A stretch of DNA of 64,000 nt from Camelus ferus (GCF_009834535.1 NC_045696.1:68946001-69010000); one strand, 5' to 3'; shown: positions 14,101 through 28,142, numbered from the stretch's first letter. Program-made: numbers and translations. Notes: generated by a model not told the origin, from the letters alone.

Positions 14101-16254
14101 AGCCCAGACACACCTGCGACAGGAGGGACGCCTTAGGAAGAGCAAGCCCACCCCTGCGCAAGGAGGATGACAAGCGGACAAGCAGGTCTCAGCAGGACCT
14201 TTGTCTCCTTTGCTTGTACTGTATCAGCACCAAAACCAGTGCCCGGCATCAAGGCACCCAGTGTATGAATGACTGAAGACACAGGTGGCGGAGGGAGAGC
14301 ACGGCCTTCACCCTGTTAGTAACTATGCAAATCGAAGCCAGCCACCCGTTCTCTCAGAGCCTCAGCCTTCTCGTCAGGAGAATGGAATTATGACCAGTAC
14401 TTTGACAGGTTGTTATAAGAATAAAATAATGCATGGAAAACCCCTAAAAAAGAACGCTCAGTAGGTAGCAGGCAATCAATAAACGGACTTCTCAGAATTA
14501 GACCTCGGTCGTCTAATGTAGAAGAGAACTTGAGTACCAGCTGTTGCCAATTATTGTTGCAGAAGCAGGGAGAGATTGAGAGGAACAATGAGAAGAGAAT
14601 GTAAAACAACTGAAGGTGATAAATTAAAGGAAAGGAAGACTGCTAAGGTCACGAGCCGCCCTCTCTGCCCCACGTGGCCTTGGACAAGTCACGTACTTTC
14701 CTGGGTCTCAGAATTCTCTAAAATGGGGGCTTAGATCTAATCAGTGGTCTCCACACTGTGCTCCAGAAACCCTTGAGAGTCCGTGGAGATCATGAGGGGC
14801 TATCTTGGGATGGGGAGGAAACAGCCGGGTGGGCCCCCACGCAGCTTCAGGAAGCTTCCTAAAGAAGGCTTTCTTCTGAAAAAACACTTCCACACTCGGT
14901 CCTTAACCTTTTGAAAGTTAATGCTTTCTCCAAAGTCCCCAGCATCCTCCCAATTACCAGTTCTCCCCGGGAACCTAGTCTAGGACCCTTGCTCTCAGGG
15001 TTCTGCAAGCACAGGGTTGGCACCTGGTGCCTCCTTAAATTTTGCCCCCGAGGCACCTCACCTGCCTCACGCAGGTACCAGCCCTTCTTCAGTGCCCATA
15101 CTCACTCACCTCCTCTGCATTTGGCATCTCCCTCGCTGGAAATCTCTCACCACTGCCTTCTCTGGCAGTGCCTTCCACGGGGACAGTGTTCCACTTCTTT
15201 CTGGCGTCTCTCCTCCCTCCTGGGCAAGAGGAGAGGGGCGGGGAGAGAAACGCATGCCAGGCAAAGGGGAAGCACGTCGTGGTGCAGGGGGCTGTGGAGT
15301 CTGGCTTTGCAGACAGGCAGAGTTTGAGGGCTTGGTTAAAGGGCAATAGGTAGACGGACAAGGCGGGTACGGACCCCGGGAGAAGACTCTGGGACAGAGA
15401 TTTTCTCCCCTGTCTGGCAGAATCTTCTCTCCCATCCGCTTCTTTCCTTGCCCCACTGCCCCTGCCCGCATCAAGCCCTCCGAACCTGTGCCCACGGCCC
15501 GTCTCTCAGCTCACGCGAGATTTCTCGCCCAAGTCCACTCTGCATAGTCACGCCCCTCCTCGGAGAATTAAAATAGCATCTCCCACGTTTGCCCCACCAA
15601 GCGCCTCAGTCTAGCCTCCAAGCCTACATGCTCACCTCACCCCCAAGCCTCCGAGCAACACCCTGCCATTCACAGATGCACCCCGAAGCTGTATGCTACC
15701 TGATGAACTTCTACTCCCGAACTCTGCCCCCTTCAGCGCCCCCTTACCCCAATTCCGCCTGTCGAATCTTCGCACTGCAAACAGCACACCAATCTCCTCT
15801 CTTCCCAGATCCTGCATCCAGGCTTGCCAAAGCCTAGAGCTGATTGCAGATGGTGGGGAGTACGCGTCCCTCCCTCTGCCTGGCCAATAATTTCAGTGCA
15901 ACATCAGGTATTGCAAAAGCAAGGCCCCTGCCTCGTCAATTAGGAGCCACAGGGTGGAAAACAATCACCTGCCCTGCGGGGGCCAGGAGACCCACACACG
16001 CAGATGCGTTACATTAACAGTGCGTCTTCAGGAAGAGGCTTGTCAGCCACAGCGAAGCTACCTTCTCCACTTGTTTACATCTCTTTATTCCCTTTTGCAC
16101 CTAGCCCAGCCGTGGGCTCCAGCAGGCTCTCAGTAAATACTAATTGAATTAATTAATGAAATCCTTCTGCTGAGAGCACAGAGCTAATCCCACAAAAAAT
16201 AATTACGGAACTATTTCCAGGAAAAATAATTTCTTGCCTTTTCCATTTGAAGAT

Positions 16255-16395
16255 GACCCAACACATGATGTAAGTGTTCTAAAACTGGATTTTGGTGATG
16301 GTTGTACAACTCAGTAAATGTACTAAAAATCACTGAATTTATACCTAAAAGAAGTTAATTTCATGGAATATAAATTGTACCTCCATAAAGATTTC
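16255..16395 (+). mobile_element. L1M 3'-terminal fragment
   Basis: tgttctaaaactggattttggtgatggttgtacaactcagtaaatgtactaaaaatcactgaatt...taaattgtacctccataaag. Confidence 0.8.
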
Positions 16396-18509
16396 TTTTT
16401 TTAATCTTTGGGATGAATGCCACCACCATGGTGGTTCCCTGTGTTCGGCTGAGTAATAAGTTGACTGAGTCATGAACACATTCAGAAACAAAATAACAAC
16501 AAAAAAAGATGACCTGGCCCTGTGAGGTGCGGCTCTGACCTTAGTTTCAGTCTCCATGGGATCAGCAGCAGCTGAGTGGTTGGGTACACATAACCCCACA
16601 GAACAGGCTGGGTTGCTGAGGTAGGGGAAGAGCACTGGGGTTGCCAGGCATCAGGTCAGTCTATAGTAAGGACACAGCAGGAAGTGTCCTAGAAGAAAGA
16701 TCCTACAGACCATTCCATGTAGTCCTCTTCAGTAGATCAAGGCTAACGAATAAGACTCTAAGCCAGAATTACTTCCCGGAGGAAGCATCTTTCAGGCTGA
16801 ATGTGGCTCACTCACACAACAGCACAGCACTTCCTTCACAGCAATCCCACAATTCAGGATTTTACACTGGGTTATGTTACTATCTAATTCATATTTGTCT
16901 CTCGCTGTAGACCATGTGCTGCAAGAGGTCAAGGACTGTGGCTCTGGTGCTCACAGTGCCTAGCACAGCAGCAAGCACACAGTAGGTGCTCATTTTAAAA
17001 GCTGATTGAATGAGTGGATGGACACTCTCCTTTGATTGAATTGGGGCATAATATACACACACCTCGTTTTCTTTCAGTAGCTGGTGTTCGTGATTGTAGA
17101 GGGCCCCTGGAGACATGAGGACCTCACTACACCACCCCTCAGCTATACACTAGGTATTGTTACTGCCTGATTTACAGGTGAGGAAACTGAGGCTCTGTAC
17201 CTGGAACCCAGCCCTGTCAGGCCAGGAAGCCCACAAGCTTTCCCAGTCATCCCTGATGGGTGGGGTAGGGTGGGACTCCCTACAGAGCAAGGTCAAGGTT
17301 ACTACTGCACAGGCAGGAGGTTGAGAGTCTGGGAGCCAGTGCAGTCACGTGCTGTCCCCCAAGTTCAGAGTCTCCATATCGTCCTCCTCCAGCCTCTTCC
17401 CATTCTGTGGGTGAGCCAGTCCCTAGTACACAGCAGGCTCAGAAAATAGGACTTCGCCTTCAGAGCCGGAGCCCCACTTACACCTGGACAGCCCATGCCA
17501 GTGCCGGCCGCCAAGGAACTAACTCCCTGTTTCCCCTAGAAATCTCTTCCCACCTACTCGGTCTCCCATCTCAATATCACAAAGTGCTGATGCCCCAGAG
17601 AATGCCCGTGGCAAGCCCGCCTCCCTCTCCTCCCTCAGGCTCCTCAGGGGAGAGTTTGAGGCCCTTCAAGTTCACATAGCAAGGTGAGTAGCACGCCAGG
17701 TTCTGCCTACCCAGCACTGAAACAGTATAGGTTAATGACCAAGGGGACGGTCTTGGGTGTCAGATCATCTGGGTTCAAATCCCAACTTACGCAGCCACAT
17801 GCTAGCTATGAGATCTCACTGTTTCAGTTTCCTCTTTCATAAGATGGAGAGATTCATAATGCTTAACTCTGAGGATTGTTGTGGGGAGTCAATGAATAAA
17901 TAGACAGAAAGCATTTAGTACCTGGTACAAAAAAAGTACTATATAATTCTTAGCTACCATTATTATTTTCCCCAGCATGTCAAAGCTGCCTCTCCATCTA
18001 TACGTGAAAAGAAGAGAGGATCCTGAGTGTAGGGAGGGCTTGAGGCCATGGCAGCTTCCCTCGGCACCTCAGACCGCCAGACACTGAGGACAGGCCTCCT
18101 GGGTCAGCTCCCGAGGTGTCTCTGTCTCAGCTCCCAGTAAGTACCGAGGCTGGCACACTGGGACCGGGGAGGTACAGGGTGGAGAACTTACCCAACAACC
18201 CCATAAAACATCAACACTTAAAGGTTATTTGCTCATCTATGGGAAACAAGCAAACAAAAAAAAAAACCTCCCCTGGAAAAATACTTGGCTCTATAACATA
18301 TCACTTTTTGGAGCCACCCAGGACAATGAAGACAGATCATGTAACTGGCTAACTAGATCCCCCAATACACGGGAAGTCAGACTTCCAAGGCAGCTCCAGA
18401 AACAGTGGGAGGGGGCTGTCAGCACTAGGTCCTTCTGCTTCTCACACTTAAAAAGTCCAAGCTGGGTCTGGATTCATACAGCCATCCTGAGAGCAGATAG
18501 GGTAAGAGT

Positions 18510-19370
18510 CACACAAATAGCCACTAGGGAAATGCAAATTAAGACCACCTATTAGAACAGCTAAAATTAAACTACGGCACCCCGAACCTGGCGAGGAGGA
18601 GAAAGGAGATCTCTCCTACATTGCTGGTGGGAACATGAAACAGTACAGCCACTCTAAAAAGTAGTCTGGCGGTTTCTGAAAAAGTTAAAAATACACTTGC
18701 CATATAACTCAGCAATTGCACTCCTGAGCATTTAGCCCGGAAAAACAAAATTTTATGTTCCCACAAAAACCTGTACATGATTGTTCATAGCAGCTTTATT
18801 TGTAACAGTCAAAAACTGGAAACAACCAAAATGTCCTTCAATAGGTCAACAGTGAAACTGTGGTCCAGCCATACCATGGAATATCCCTCAGCAATTAAAA
18901 AAAAAAAAAAAAGAGCAAATATCGATATTCTCAACAACTTGGCTGGACCTGAAGTGCATTATGATGAGTGAAAACAACTCAACTGCATTATGAGTGAAAA
19001 CAACCCTGCCTCAGAAGGTTGCATGTTGTATGACTCTATTTACAGAACATTCTCAAAATGACAAAATTATAGGGATGAGGAAAAGGGGAAAGGGCTGGGC
19101 TGTGTGACAATGAATGGGAGGCACGAAGGAGACCTTCATGGGGAGGGAATATTCCGTATCTTGGTTGCAATGGTGGCTCCACTAATCTAAACATGTGAGA
19201 AAATGACATAGAAATTGACACACAGCGTAGCAACCTCAGAGTCCTGGTTTTGATACTGTACTGTAACCACTAGAAGAAACTAAAAGAAGGATACTCCAGA
19301 CCTCTCTACTATCTTTGCAACTCCCCAAGAATCTATAATTGTTTCAAATAAAAAGTTACAAATAAATAAA
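18510..19370 (+). mobile_element. Old L1M (L1MC/MD-like) ORF2 end and 3'UTR
   Basis: agggaaatgcaaattaagaccac...gcaattgcactcctgagcatt...tgttcatagcagctttatttgtaa...ctggaaacaaccaaaatgtcc...tttcaaataaaaagtt. Confidence 0.85.
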
Positions 19371-19704
19371 AGAGGTGCACAGCCAGTAAGTAGGCCATCT
19401 GGGATCCCAGCCCACATCCTTCTCCAAAATCCCAGGCTCCAATCAAATGACTTACAATTTGGCATACACCAAGACATTCTATACCTCTGTGCCTTTGCAC
19501 AAATAAATTTCTACCTAGACTGCCCTTCCCCTGCCTAGCTAACTTACAATTTTTTTTAAAACCCAATTCACATACCATCACCTCCAAGAAGCTTCCCTGA
19601 CTCCCATCCTAAGATTACTGATCTTCCTTTGTACTTCCCGTGCACAGCACTTGTTCAACTAAACTGCAGTGATTAGCTTATGTGTTACTGTCTCCCACCA
19701 TGTG

Positions 19705-20662
19705 CAAGCCACAGAATTGGAAAATATGTTTGCAAAATCACCAATCAAAAAATTTATCTGTAGAATATATAAAGAACTCTTACAATCCAATCATAAGAAG
19801 ACAATCCAAATTTTTTCTTTAATGTGTAAAAGTTCTGAACAGACACTTACCAAAGGAGATTTGCACATGTCAAATAAGCAAATGAAAAGATGGTCAACAT
19901 TACTAATCTTAAGGGAAATGCAAATAAAACCACGAGATATCACCACACATCTATTAGAATAGTTAAAATTTAAAAGATGGACCACACCAAGTGTTGGCAA
20001 GAAAGTGGAGCACCTGCAACTGTCATATGCTCCTGGTGAGAATATACACTGGTGCAACTACTCTGGGAAAAAGTTTGGCAGCTTCTTAAAAATAAAAATA
20101 CACCTATCAGATGACCCAGCCATTCTCCACCCAGGTATTCACTGAAAAGAATGTATATGCCCCCACAAAAATTTTTTCACAACTGCTTATAGTGACTTTA
20201 TTTTTAACAGCCAAAATTGGGAACAACCACAAAACTCTGTCAATAGATAAATGGGTAAACAAATAGCGGTATTTCCATACAGTGGGACATTATTCAGCGG
20301 TAAAGGAATGAACTTTTGATACACAAACATGGGTGAATATCAGAATGATTATGCTGAGTATAAGAGGAGCATATGCTATGCTATGCTATGTATGTAAAGT
20401 TCTAGAAAATGCAAACCAATCTATAGCAATAAAGCACAGTAGTGGTTGCCTAGGGATGGGAGGCAGGGCACAGCTAGCGGCAGAAGGGAGGGATAAGGTG
20501 AAGGAAGAAGCTTTGTGGGATACTGGTTATGTTCATCAACTTGACTAGTGGGGAGAATTCCATAAGTGTATACATACGACAGAACTATCAAGTTGTGCAA
20601 TTTAAATATATGCAGGGTTTTGTCTGTCAGTTATACCTCAAGAGCAGCATGGGAAAAAAAAT
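19705..20662 (+). mobile_element. Old L1M (L1MB/ME-like) ORF2 end and 3'UTR
   Basis: Translation ICRIYKELLQ...MSNKQMKRWSTLLILREMQIK matches the L1 ORF2 C-terminus, followed by a typical L1M 3'UTR. Confidence 0.85.
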
Positions 20663-23558
20663 AATGGGCACCATTTAATAAGCATCAACTCTGTGGAGAG
20701 AATGTTATAGAAATAATTATTAATCTTCACTTAAGGGAGGTATTATTCAACCCATTTTACACACAAGGAAACTGAGTCAGAAAGGCTATGTATTTACAGT
20801 TAAGCCAGGCTCAAACCCAGATCAAATGTCTTCAAAGCTAACACACTTTTCTTTCCTCTGTGTCATGATGCCTTCCCACAACAGTGACTTTCCAGTATGA
20901 AAGCCACAAGTGATGGCCCCTGGCCCAGGCAAGACCTCTAGGAAGGATCTGAAAGGAGGAGGTAAAGGGCTGGCATCACTGGGATGTTAAGGCATCTCCA
21001 GCATGACTGTGATGACACTCTCTCCCTTCCAGGTCGCCATTCCACAAATTCCTCCAACAGCCAAACCCAGCCCATCACGGGTACTGGGCCAGACAGGCTA
21101 AGGCAGACAGGGGACTGTACCTTCTCCCCAGAACATTCTTCCTTCCGCAGCCAGAGTGGCTGGTGTGAAGGACCCTGACCAGACATTCAGAAGAACAGAC
21201 TCCAGTTCCACTTGTGTGGAGACAGAGCCCATCACCTTCCTGGGCTTCGCTTCCCTCAGACGTAAGACTCGAAGGCCAACCAGCGAGCTTTCAGCCCTGA
21301 TTCACATTCTGAGTGCCCTGCCAAAGTGAGCTTTTTCTCCATCTGAAGTTGATCAGGTGCCACAGATGTAAACAATTTTAGATTACCTCCAAAACTGTAC
21401 ACTCGGCTCCCTGTTAGCCCCAGCTCCACAGGCAAACACACCCACCCCGCTTGGTAGTGCCTGCCCAGATCACTCCCTCAGCCACTCTGCCTCCTCTCCT
21501 GGCCCTATCCCCCTGCGGGGGTCTTCCAAAGACCCTGACCCACCACTGGCTGCTTTGTTCCCCTGTTTTCAGGGGTCTGGGAACTCTGGGACACAGAGAG
21601 CAATTTGAGACATAATTTCTCCCTTTAGAATTCTTGCAGGAAAGCTTGGAGCTGAGCACTTACAGGATAAGCTATGTCGTGTACAGCCCTGATTAGGCAG
21701 CTCCTCTCCTTGTCCCCTGTCACATCCATATGCCCAAGGCTGGGCCAGAATCTCTTGCCCAAACAGGTCAGGATATTTGGCTGGGTACAGAGTAGGCTTT
21801 CAGGAAATATCTATAAAACTGAATTAAATCCCTCTCACCAAAGGAAAAATCTCTTACTTAAACATGAAGGAAAACCAGACAGATGTAATTCAGCACATTT
21901 CCCTGGAAAGAGTGCTGCACGCGGAGGCTGAGAAGACCCCTGCTTCTCACTGTCTGAGAGACCTGGGGCCAGGAGCAGCGGCCTCTCTGCCTGGGGCATC
22001 CCATGAATGAGGGGACTATTCGAAAGGATGCCATGGATGCTCCCTGCTCTGAAGTTGTCTTACTGAATGAGGAACAGCCCTTGGGATTTGAAGGGAACAG
22101 TGCAGCCTTTTGTAAAGCTCCAAGCACTTTGAGTTGCAGCTGTTCACACAGCTTCTGAGATGGAAGGATGTTCCCCTGAGGGAAAGGACCCTGTCTGGGG
22201 GAACTGGATTTGGGAACTCTCGCCCCTGGGGGCAAGGATTTGCTGTAGAGAGCATTCAGTAACATTGAGAAGCTGTGGAGGTCACAGACAGGCTTAGTTT
22301 GCATCTCTGTTGCTCATGAACTGTGAAATCTTGGGCAAGTAAGTCTCTTTTACTTCTGAGACTCAATTTCCACATCAGCCACACGGAGATAGAAATACCC
22401 ACCTTATTAGGTCATTGCAGAATTAAATGAGTTCAGGCAGGCGGAACACAAGCACAGCCCCAGAATGCAATCAATGCCCTTCCCGTCCCTTCCTCAGAAG
22501 TATATCTGAAAGTCCTCAGATAAGATCTTCTCTGCTGGTTTCACTGACCTGGATGAGGAAGAGGACTTAATTCCAAGCACACCAGAGGGGCCTGTCATGA
22601 AGTGCACTGGGGCGGAGGCAGCAGATACAGGGCAGGGGCTGGGGAGGGGGAGGCAGGGCTGGCACCTGGAGGACACTCCCAGGTCCCCTTGCCAGTCACA
22701 CGCAAAGGTTCAGTGATCAGGTGGCCTTGGAGCGGGGCCCATCCTGCCATCCTGTGTCCCTCCCTCCCCTGAAACACACACCTTCACCTCAGGGACCGAT
22801 AATCACCAAGGTGTGACCTGGCTTCTTAAAATGCAAGTGTGAGACCGGATGGCCCCTTCCAATTTTATAATTTTCTGAACTCCAGATCTGCACAGTCGAC
22901 CAGTATTTAGCTGATGCCTGGCCTTCTCCCCATCCCCTCCTTCAGGGAGAAGGAGCCAGAAGGTTCAGAAAGCAGAGGAAGAGGGCAGAGGCTGGGGCTC
23001 CGTGATGCTAATTTAATTAGCTCTAATCTGCTGACAGCCCAGCCTTGAAGAAAGAAGCTTTTGTTTAAAGTTCACATTTGGCAGGAAGCGCCCCTACCCC
23101 TCTGACAGTGCCCCCCTCCCCCAGTTGGTGCTTGTGAGTCAAAAGCTCCCATTTCAGTCCTGGCTCTCACATGCAGCAGCGGGGGGGCTTCCTTTTCACA
23201 CTTTTCTGACTTCTTGATTTTTCCAGGAAGGAAATTTGCCCCAGATGTCGGTCAGTAAATGGAGAGTTTTCATCTGCCCTTGTGAAAGGGTGTCAGTAAT
23301 TCACAGATTCTCCAAGAAGGGAGAGCCAGAGGGAGAAATGCCAGCCAGCTTTTCTCCATCAATAAACCAAAGGCTTAGCAATCAGTCAAAGCCCTTCCTT
23401 CCACAGGCAGGGAGATTCGCAACATGCAAAACATTTCATTTTCACTGTCTTGTGGGACCCCTGTTCATAGGAGAGGAAGCGGAGGGATGCACAGGTGGAG
23501 TGACTCGTCCCACGCCTCATGCCTCCCAGCCTGTCGGTGGCAGAGTGAGCACTGGAAC

Positions 23559-23735
23559 CACTGGTGTGCTGGTAATTTGAATCTCCAAAACAAAAAAGCC
23601 CTAGTATATGGCATCGGCTAATTTCTGTGGTGTCAGTTTTCCCACCATGGCCAACTCAAGCTGCCAACAACTTTTAACAACCAGTTTGCAAAATTCCTGA
23701 ATATTCAAACATCAGCTCTGGAAAGCCTCCAGACT
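23559..23735 (+). mobile_element. MER63A-like hAT-Blackjack element
   Basis: ctggtgtgctggtaa...aaaaaagccct...tttctgtggtgt...tcccaccatggcc...tcaagctgccaac...tttaacaaccagtttgcaaaattcctgaa. Confidence 0.8.
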
Positions 23736-23973
23736 AGAAGCGAGTTCTCCCCGCTCCCACTTGAGTGTTCTTTCTGTCTCACCTCTCTTCCTTCATGCAG
23801 GAAGAGCCTACATGCTGCGGAAGCTTAAAGAGTAAACTTACTGAAAACTACCTAAAGCGCTGGTAACAGGAGTGGGATTTCAGGCACGTTTTCTTTTCTG
23901 CTACACCAGTGTTTTTCCGAATGTCCTGTGAGCACATTTTACTTTTATAATCAGAACATATCTAGGTAAAGTC

Positions 23974-24398
23974 TGTGAATGAAAAATATTGCCAGCCACA
24001 TCAGTTAACAAAGGATGCTGTGGTACAGCCACCCAGCCCCAGCCCTCCCAACCCCCTACAGTGAGCTGAGGGAGCTCAGGATGTGGAAGAACAGGATACT
24101 GGCCCTAGACAGCTGGGTGCATATCAAAGGAATGATTTCAATGAGCCCAGACCTTTGCACCTTCCCATACACAGAAAAGGACTAAATTCCTTAACTTGAT
24201 ATCTGGTTAACAGTAATCTTTTGATATTCCAACTACCTAGGCTTTGTTGCAAAAGCTCATATATCCTGGCTTCTACCTTGTCACTTTGGAACAGCCTCTT
24301 AGAGTGATCTGAGATGCTGTGTCCCAGGCTCGAGTCCTAATAAAATCTGCCGAATAAAACATAACTCTCAACTTTTAGGTTGTGCATTTCAGTCAACA
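23974..24398 (+). mobile_element. ERV1-class solo LTR
   Basis: Begins TGT and ends ACA, flanked by a perfect 4-bp TSD agtc (23970-23973 and 24399-24402). TATA-like catatatc ~24259 and AATAAA signals at ~24339 and ~24353. Confidence 0.85.
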
Positions 24399-24451
24399 AG
24401 TCATTTCTTAGTGAACTTAATGGAATGTTTTGCAATAACCTCCCCACATAA

Positions 24452-24562
24452 TTTTTTCTCTCTCTCTCTCTTTTTTTAATGGAGGTACTAGGAATTGAAC
24501 CCAGGACCTTGGCGTGCATGTTAAACCTACCCTCTACCACTGAGCTATGACCTCCTCCCCTC
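24452..24562 (-). mobile_element. Vic-1-type SINE
   Basis: tttaatggaggtactaggaattgaacccaggacc...ctctaccactgagctatgacctcctcccc, with a (CT)n/T tail. Confidence 0.9.
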
Positions 24563-27089
24563 AACAGTAATTTCTTTCACTCTGTCTTCCTTGGGTTGCA
24601 GTTAAAGCGAGAGTGTGTGTGTATGTTTCCTAAAAGCTCGACTTCCCTTGCAGAACAGAGCAGGTACACCAGCATTAAGTATTCACCTGAATCTGATGCA
24701 GTCTTACCTGGAGGATAAATACATTCCCTTTGGAGTTCAAATTTTATCAGCAATTGAGAAAATACAACTTCCTGTTAAGATTCCAAAAGCCCCGCTCTGA
24801 AAAATCAAAGCCTCTTTGGCCACTAAATGACCTTGCCCCCGATTGGGTGGAGATGGAGGCAGATGGTTTAAACCAGAAACAACTGCCTTTTCTCTCCTGA
24901 GCCTGAGAGGAGGAGGTTCCTGCCCCCCTACAACAGGAGGCACTCTGCCCTCTCTGTCCTTAAGCTGGCATTCTAGGGCTCTTACCTCAGCTCTGGGACA
25001 GAGACCTTGCACCAAAGCTTGGGCAGGCTCAGGTGGGCCAGTTCATTTCAGCTGGGCTCCATGACTTCACTTCTCTCTCTGGGCTGCTCTCTGCAGATCT
25101 CAGCACAATTCACTCTACTCTGCCTGCAGGAAAAAGAAAAAAAAACGACAAAGCCAGGTTGGCAGCTGAGCACCAGAGGCACGTATGTTAATACATGCAG
25201 GAGGGTAAACACCCTTGCTCCTCCTGCTCCTGGCCTGGGTCACTCCTGCCACTTCAGAGCCCCTTCCAGAACCCCAGCCTCCTTCCCAGGGCTCAACCTG
25301 GCCATCTGTTCACCCAGGCCTACCCCTTCTGGGCCCGAGCAATTTCAGAGTGAGCTGCAGATTAAGCAAAGCAAACTCTACTACAATCACTTAATCCTGT
25401 GCCACTTGCTATTATTGGTTAAGAAAAGCAATAAGAAAGGAACAGTTCCAGCCCTAAGTCTTGGGTTTAGCTAAGGCTTGTGGGTAACTGATTTCCATCA
25501 ACAAATACATCAGGCTTGCTCACAGTCTCCCTTTCACCTATTGTATGTTGTTTATAATGTTACAAATGTGAATACAATTTCTACTTTATTTGGGAAGCAC
25601 TTTTAACTAAACCTAAATTTTCAACCTATATAATATTATAGTTGCCTCGGTGGATAGTGTTTGTTTTTAAAAGTAATTATTGTTTTTCCTAGTGCCAAAG
25701 AAACTTCTGTTTAATATGGAAATTTTAGAAAACATAATTGTCAAAAAAAAGGGGGGAAAAATTACCCACTCTTCACTAACCAAGATAACTACAGATAACT
25801 CACCCATCCTGGTTTTATTTTGTTATCCGGATTTTTTATGAAGATTCGATACAGCTAAGCGTGGTCTTCTGCAGCATCATTTTCATGGCTAGATTATATG
25901 CCCTAGACACTTAAGTCATCTTCAACTTTTTTTGCAAATTACAAATAGTACTTAAAATTAATCTGTGGGGGAAATACATGGTTATTTCCTTAGAAGTCAA
26001 ACAGCAGGGTCAAAGAGTTTCCAAATTTCTCAGACTTTTGAACAGTCTTGGCGGGCTCTCTGGGACTACTGTACCACGTAAACTCCCAGCAACGGAGAAC
26101 TATGCCCATTCTTCTAACGCTCCTCTCTTCCCCGAGTCCCTCCTTCACCCACACCCTTGCTCACCATGCGTTTCTAGTGGAAATGAGGGTAGAGAGTTCT
26201 GGGAGTCTGGGTTTTCATGTTTCATGCTCACACTCAGCCCCAAGTCTAAGATAAGATCTATGGTGAGAAAATGAGCTCATCAAGCTTGGGGAGGGGTGGT
26301 GCCTGAGGAAGAATAGGTAAAGGGGGAAAAGGCAAGACATCCACTAAGGAAGAGAGACAGAGCGGTAATACACAAGGACAGTGGTAATACACAAGGACGG
26401 CGTCCAGGAGAAAGAGGCCCTGAGATGCTAAGAGAAGCAAGAGCCGTCCAGTTAGAGCACAGATGCTGATGGGAAATGACATCAGATGAATCTGGAGCTG
26501 AAGTGAGCCATTTGAAGGGGTGGAAATGTCAAGGTCTCACAAAGAGTCAGGGCAGAACAATGCAAACAACAAAGGCATCAGGTGAGATGGAAAAATAAAA
26601 AGTCGCTTGTGGCATCTGGGCACTTCGCTGCTGTCTATAATTAATGCCAACAAACCACCAGGAGCCAGAGCCACTGTGGGGAAAGTGGGCCAGGCCAGGA
26701 AGAGTTCTCTACCTGCAAGTGGCAGCTGAGCTGGTTGCCACCTAGGAACCTGCCAGTAAGGAGCATTCCCCGGGGAACAGGAGCCACGTGCCCCTGGGGT
26801 AGGAGGACTGCAGGGCTGCTGACCCACCTGCTCTGTAACAGGAAGGAAGCCCCCACTCTCAATCTCTCCCTAGCCAGCCTCTCACAACCTGCTTTTTGCT
26901 CCAGGCCAAAGCTTCAGTGAGGAATGGATAATTCAGCAAGTAATCTGTCTAAATAGACTGAATGGATTTCTGTGGCCCTGTGACCGAGGGAAAGACCCTG
27001 GGGACCCTTCCTAGCTGACCAGCCCCCTAGCTACTCCACCCCATGCACCCTGCACTCCAGCCACAGCAATCTGCAGGCTAATGAGGAAA

Positions 27090-27610
27090 TGCGGGATCCC
27101 ATTAGTCCTTTTTAAATCCTTTGGGAGATGGCTTGCAGACCTCCCATATTACTCGAATAAGCAAGTCATTCTACCTGCCTACCACGCACTCACACACTTG
27201 GGCCTCTCCTGATGGACAAAGGGTGGAACTTTGACTTACAAGCAACTCACCAATAAATAAGAGAGTGGGACCAATCAGACACTTTCACTACTGCAACTAT
27301 GAAAAAAAACTGTAGTCAGCTGCTGGTAGATCCGAGAGCAAAAAGGAAAGGTAATGGGCACAAGGTGAGAAACCAATGCCGGAGACAAGATCATGTGATG
27401 GGGCTCTGGGCCCTGCAGAAGGGGAGGAAGTTGGTCTCCTCAGAGAACAGGGCAGAGGCTTGGGGAGAGACAGGCAGGAAACCACGCAGCCCCAGAAAAG
27501 ACAGATGTTTGGTGGCTTTCCAGTGGCTGTGAGGCTCACCTGCACTTCCTGCTTTCATTCCTGTGACAGCCCCTGAATTCCCTCCATAAAACCCTGTAGA
27601 GCCCCGTTTA
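27090..27610 (+). mobile_element. Possible ancient ERVL/MaLR-type LTR relic
   Basis: gggaccaatcagacact...cagctgctgg...tttccagtggctgtgaggctc...cacttcctgc...ccataaaacc resembles old ERVL LTRs. No clear termini. Confidence 0.35.
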
Positions 27611-27916
27611 CAGGGGCCCCACCCACCTCCAACCCGCAGGAGCCCAAGGGAGCTGACGGTGAGACTAGAGGGGCCCCTCCCCGGATCCAGCCCACGGCTT
27701 TGTGATCAGGCTCTAGCCACCCATGGTGCCTGCTCCAAAGCCTTTTCTTTTTAACTTCCTTCTAAAATTTGTGGCTGAGTTTTTGATAGATGAAGCAACT
27801 GGAAAGGACAGTCCTAGACTGCAAGTGTAACTTGTACTTTGCAGAAACATGAGAAATAAACAACAGCGCTGTAGAGACTACACATTTTCCTATTGTAAGA
27901 CTTTTCCATTAAGTGG

Positions 27917-28142
27917 CTAAATTAGGAGTTTGGGATTAGTGATACAAACTACCATATACAGAATAGATAAACAACAAGGTCCTACCATATAGCACAGGGA
28001 ACTATATTCAAAGCTAGTAATAACCTATGATGAAAAGAATATATATATATATATATGTATAACTGAATCACTATGCTGTACACCGGAAACTAATACAACA
28101 TTGTAAATCAATTATACTTCAATAAAAAATAAATAAAATTTT
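27917..28142 (+). mobile_element. 5'-truncated cetartiodactyl-type L1 3' end
   Basis: Same 3'UTR as 1502-1780, with (TA)n and an A-rich tail. aagtggct is duplicated on both sides. Confidence 0.9.

Noticed and set aside
17680..17692. Isolated plus-strand consensus donors (AAG|GTGAGT ~17684; also ~12750 and ~21261)
   Set aside because: No convincing paired acceptor or promoter context; such motifs are expected by chance in 64 kb.
26364..26398. Short tandem duplications (ggtaatacacaaggac x2; also ~18955-19003 and ~44733-44761)
   Set aside because: Two-copy local slippage duplications without a spacer array; not CRISPR-like and with no evident function.
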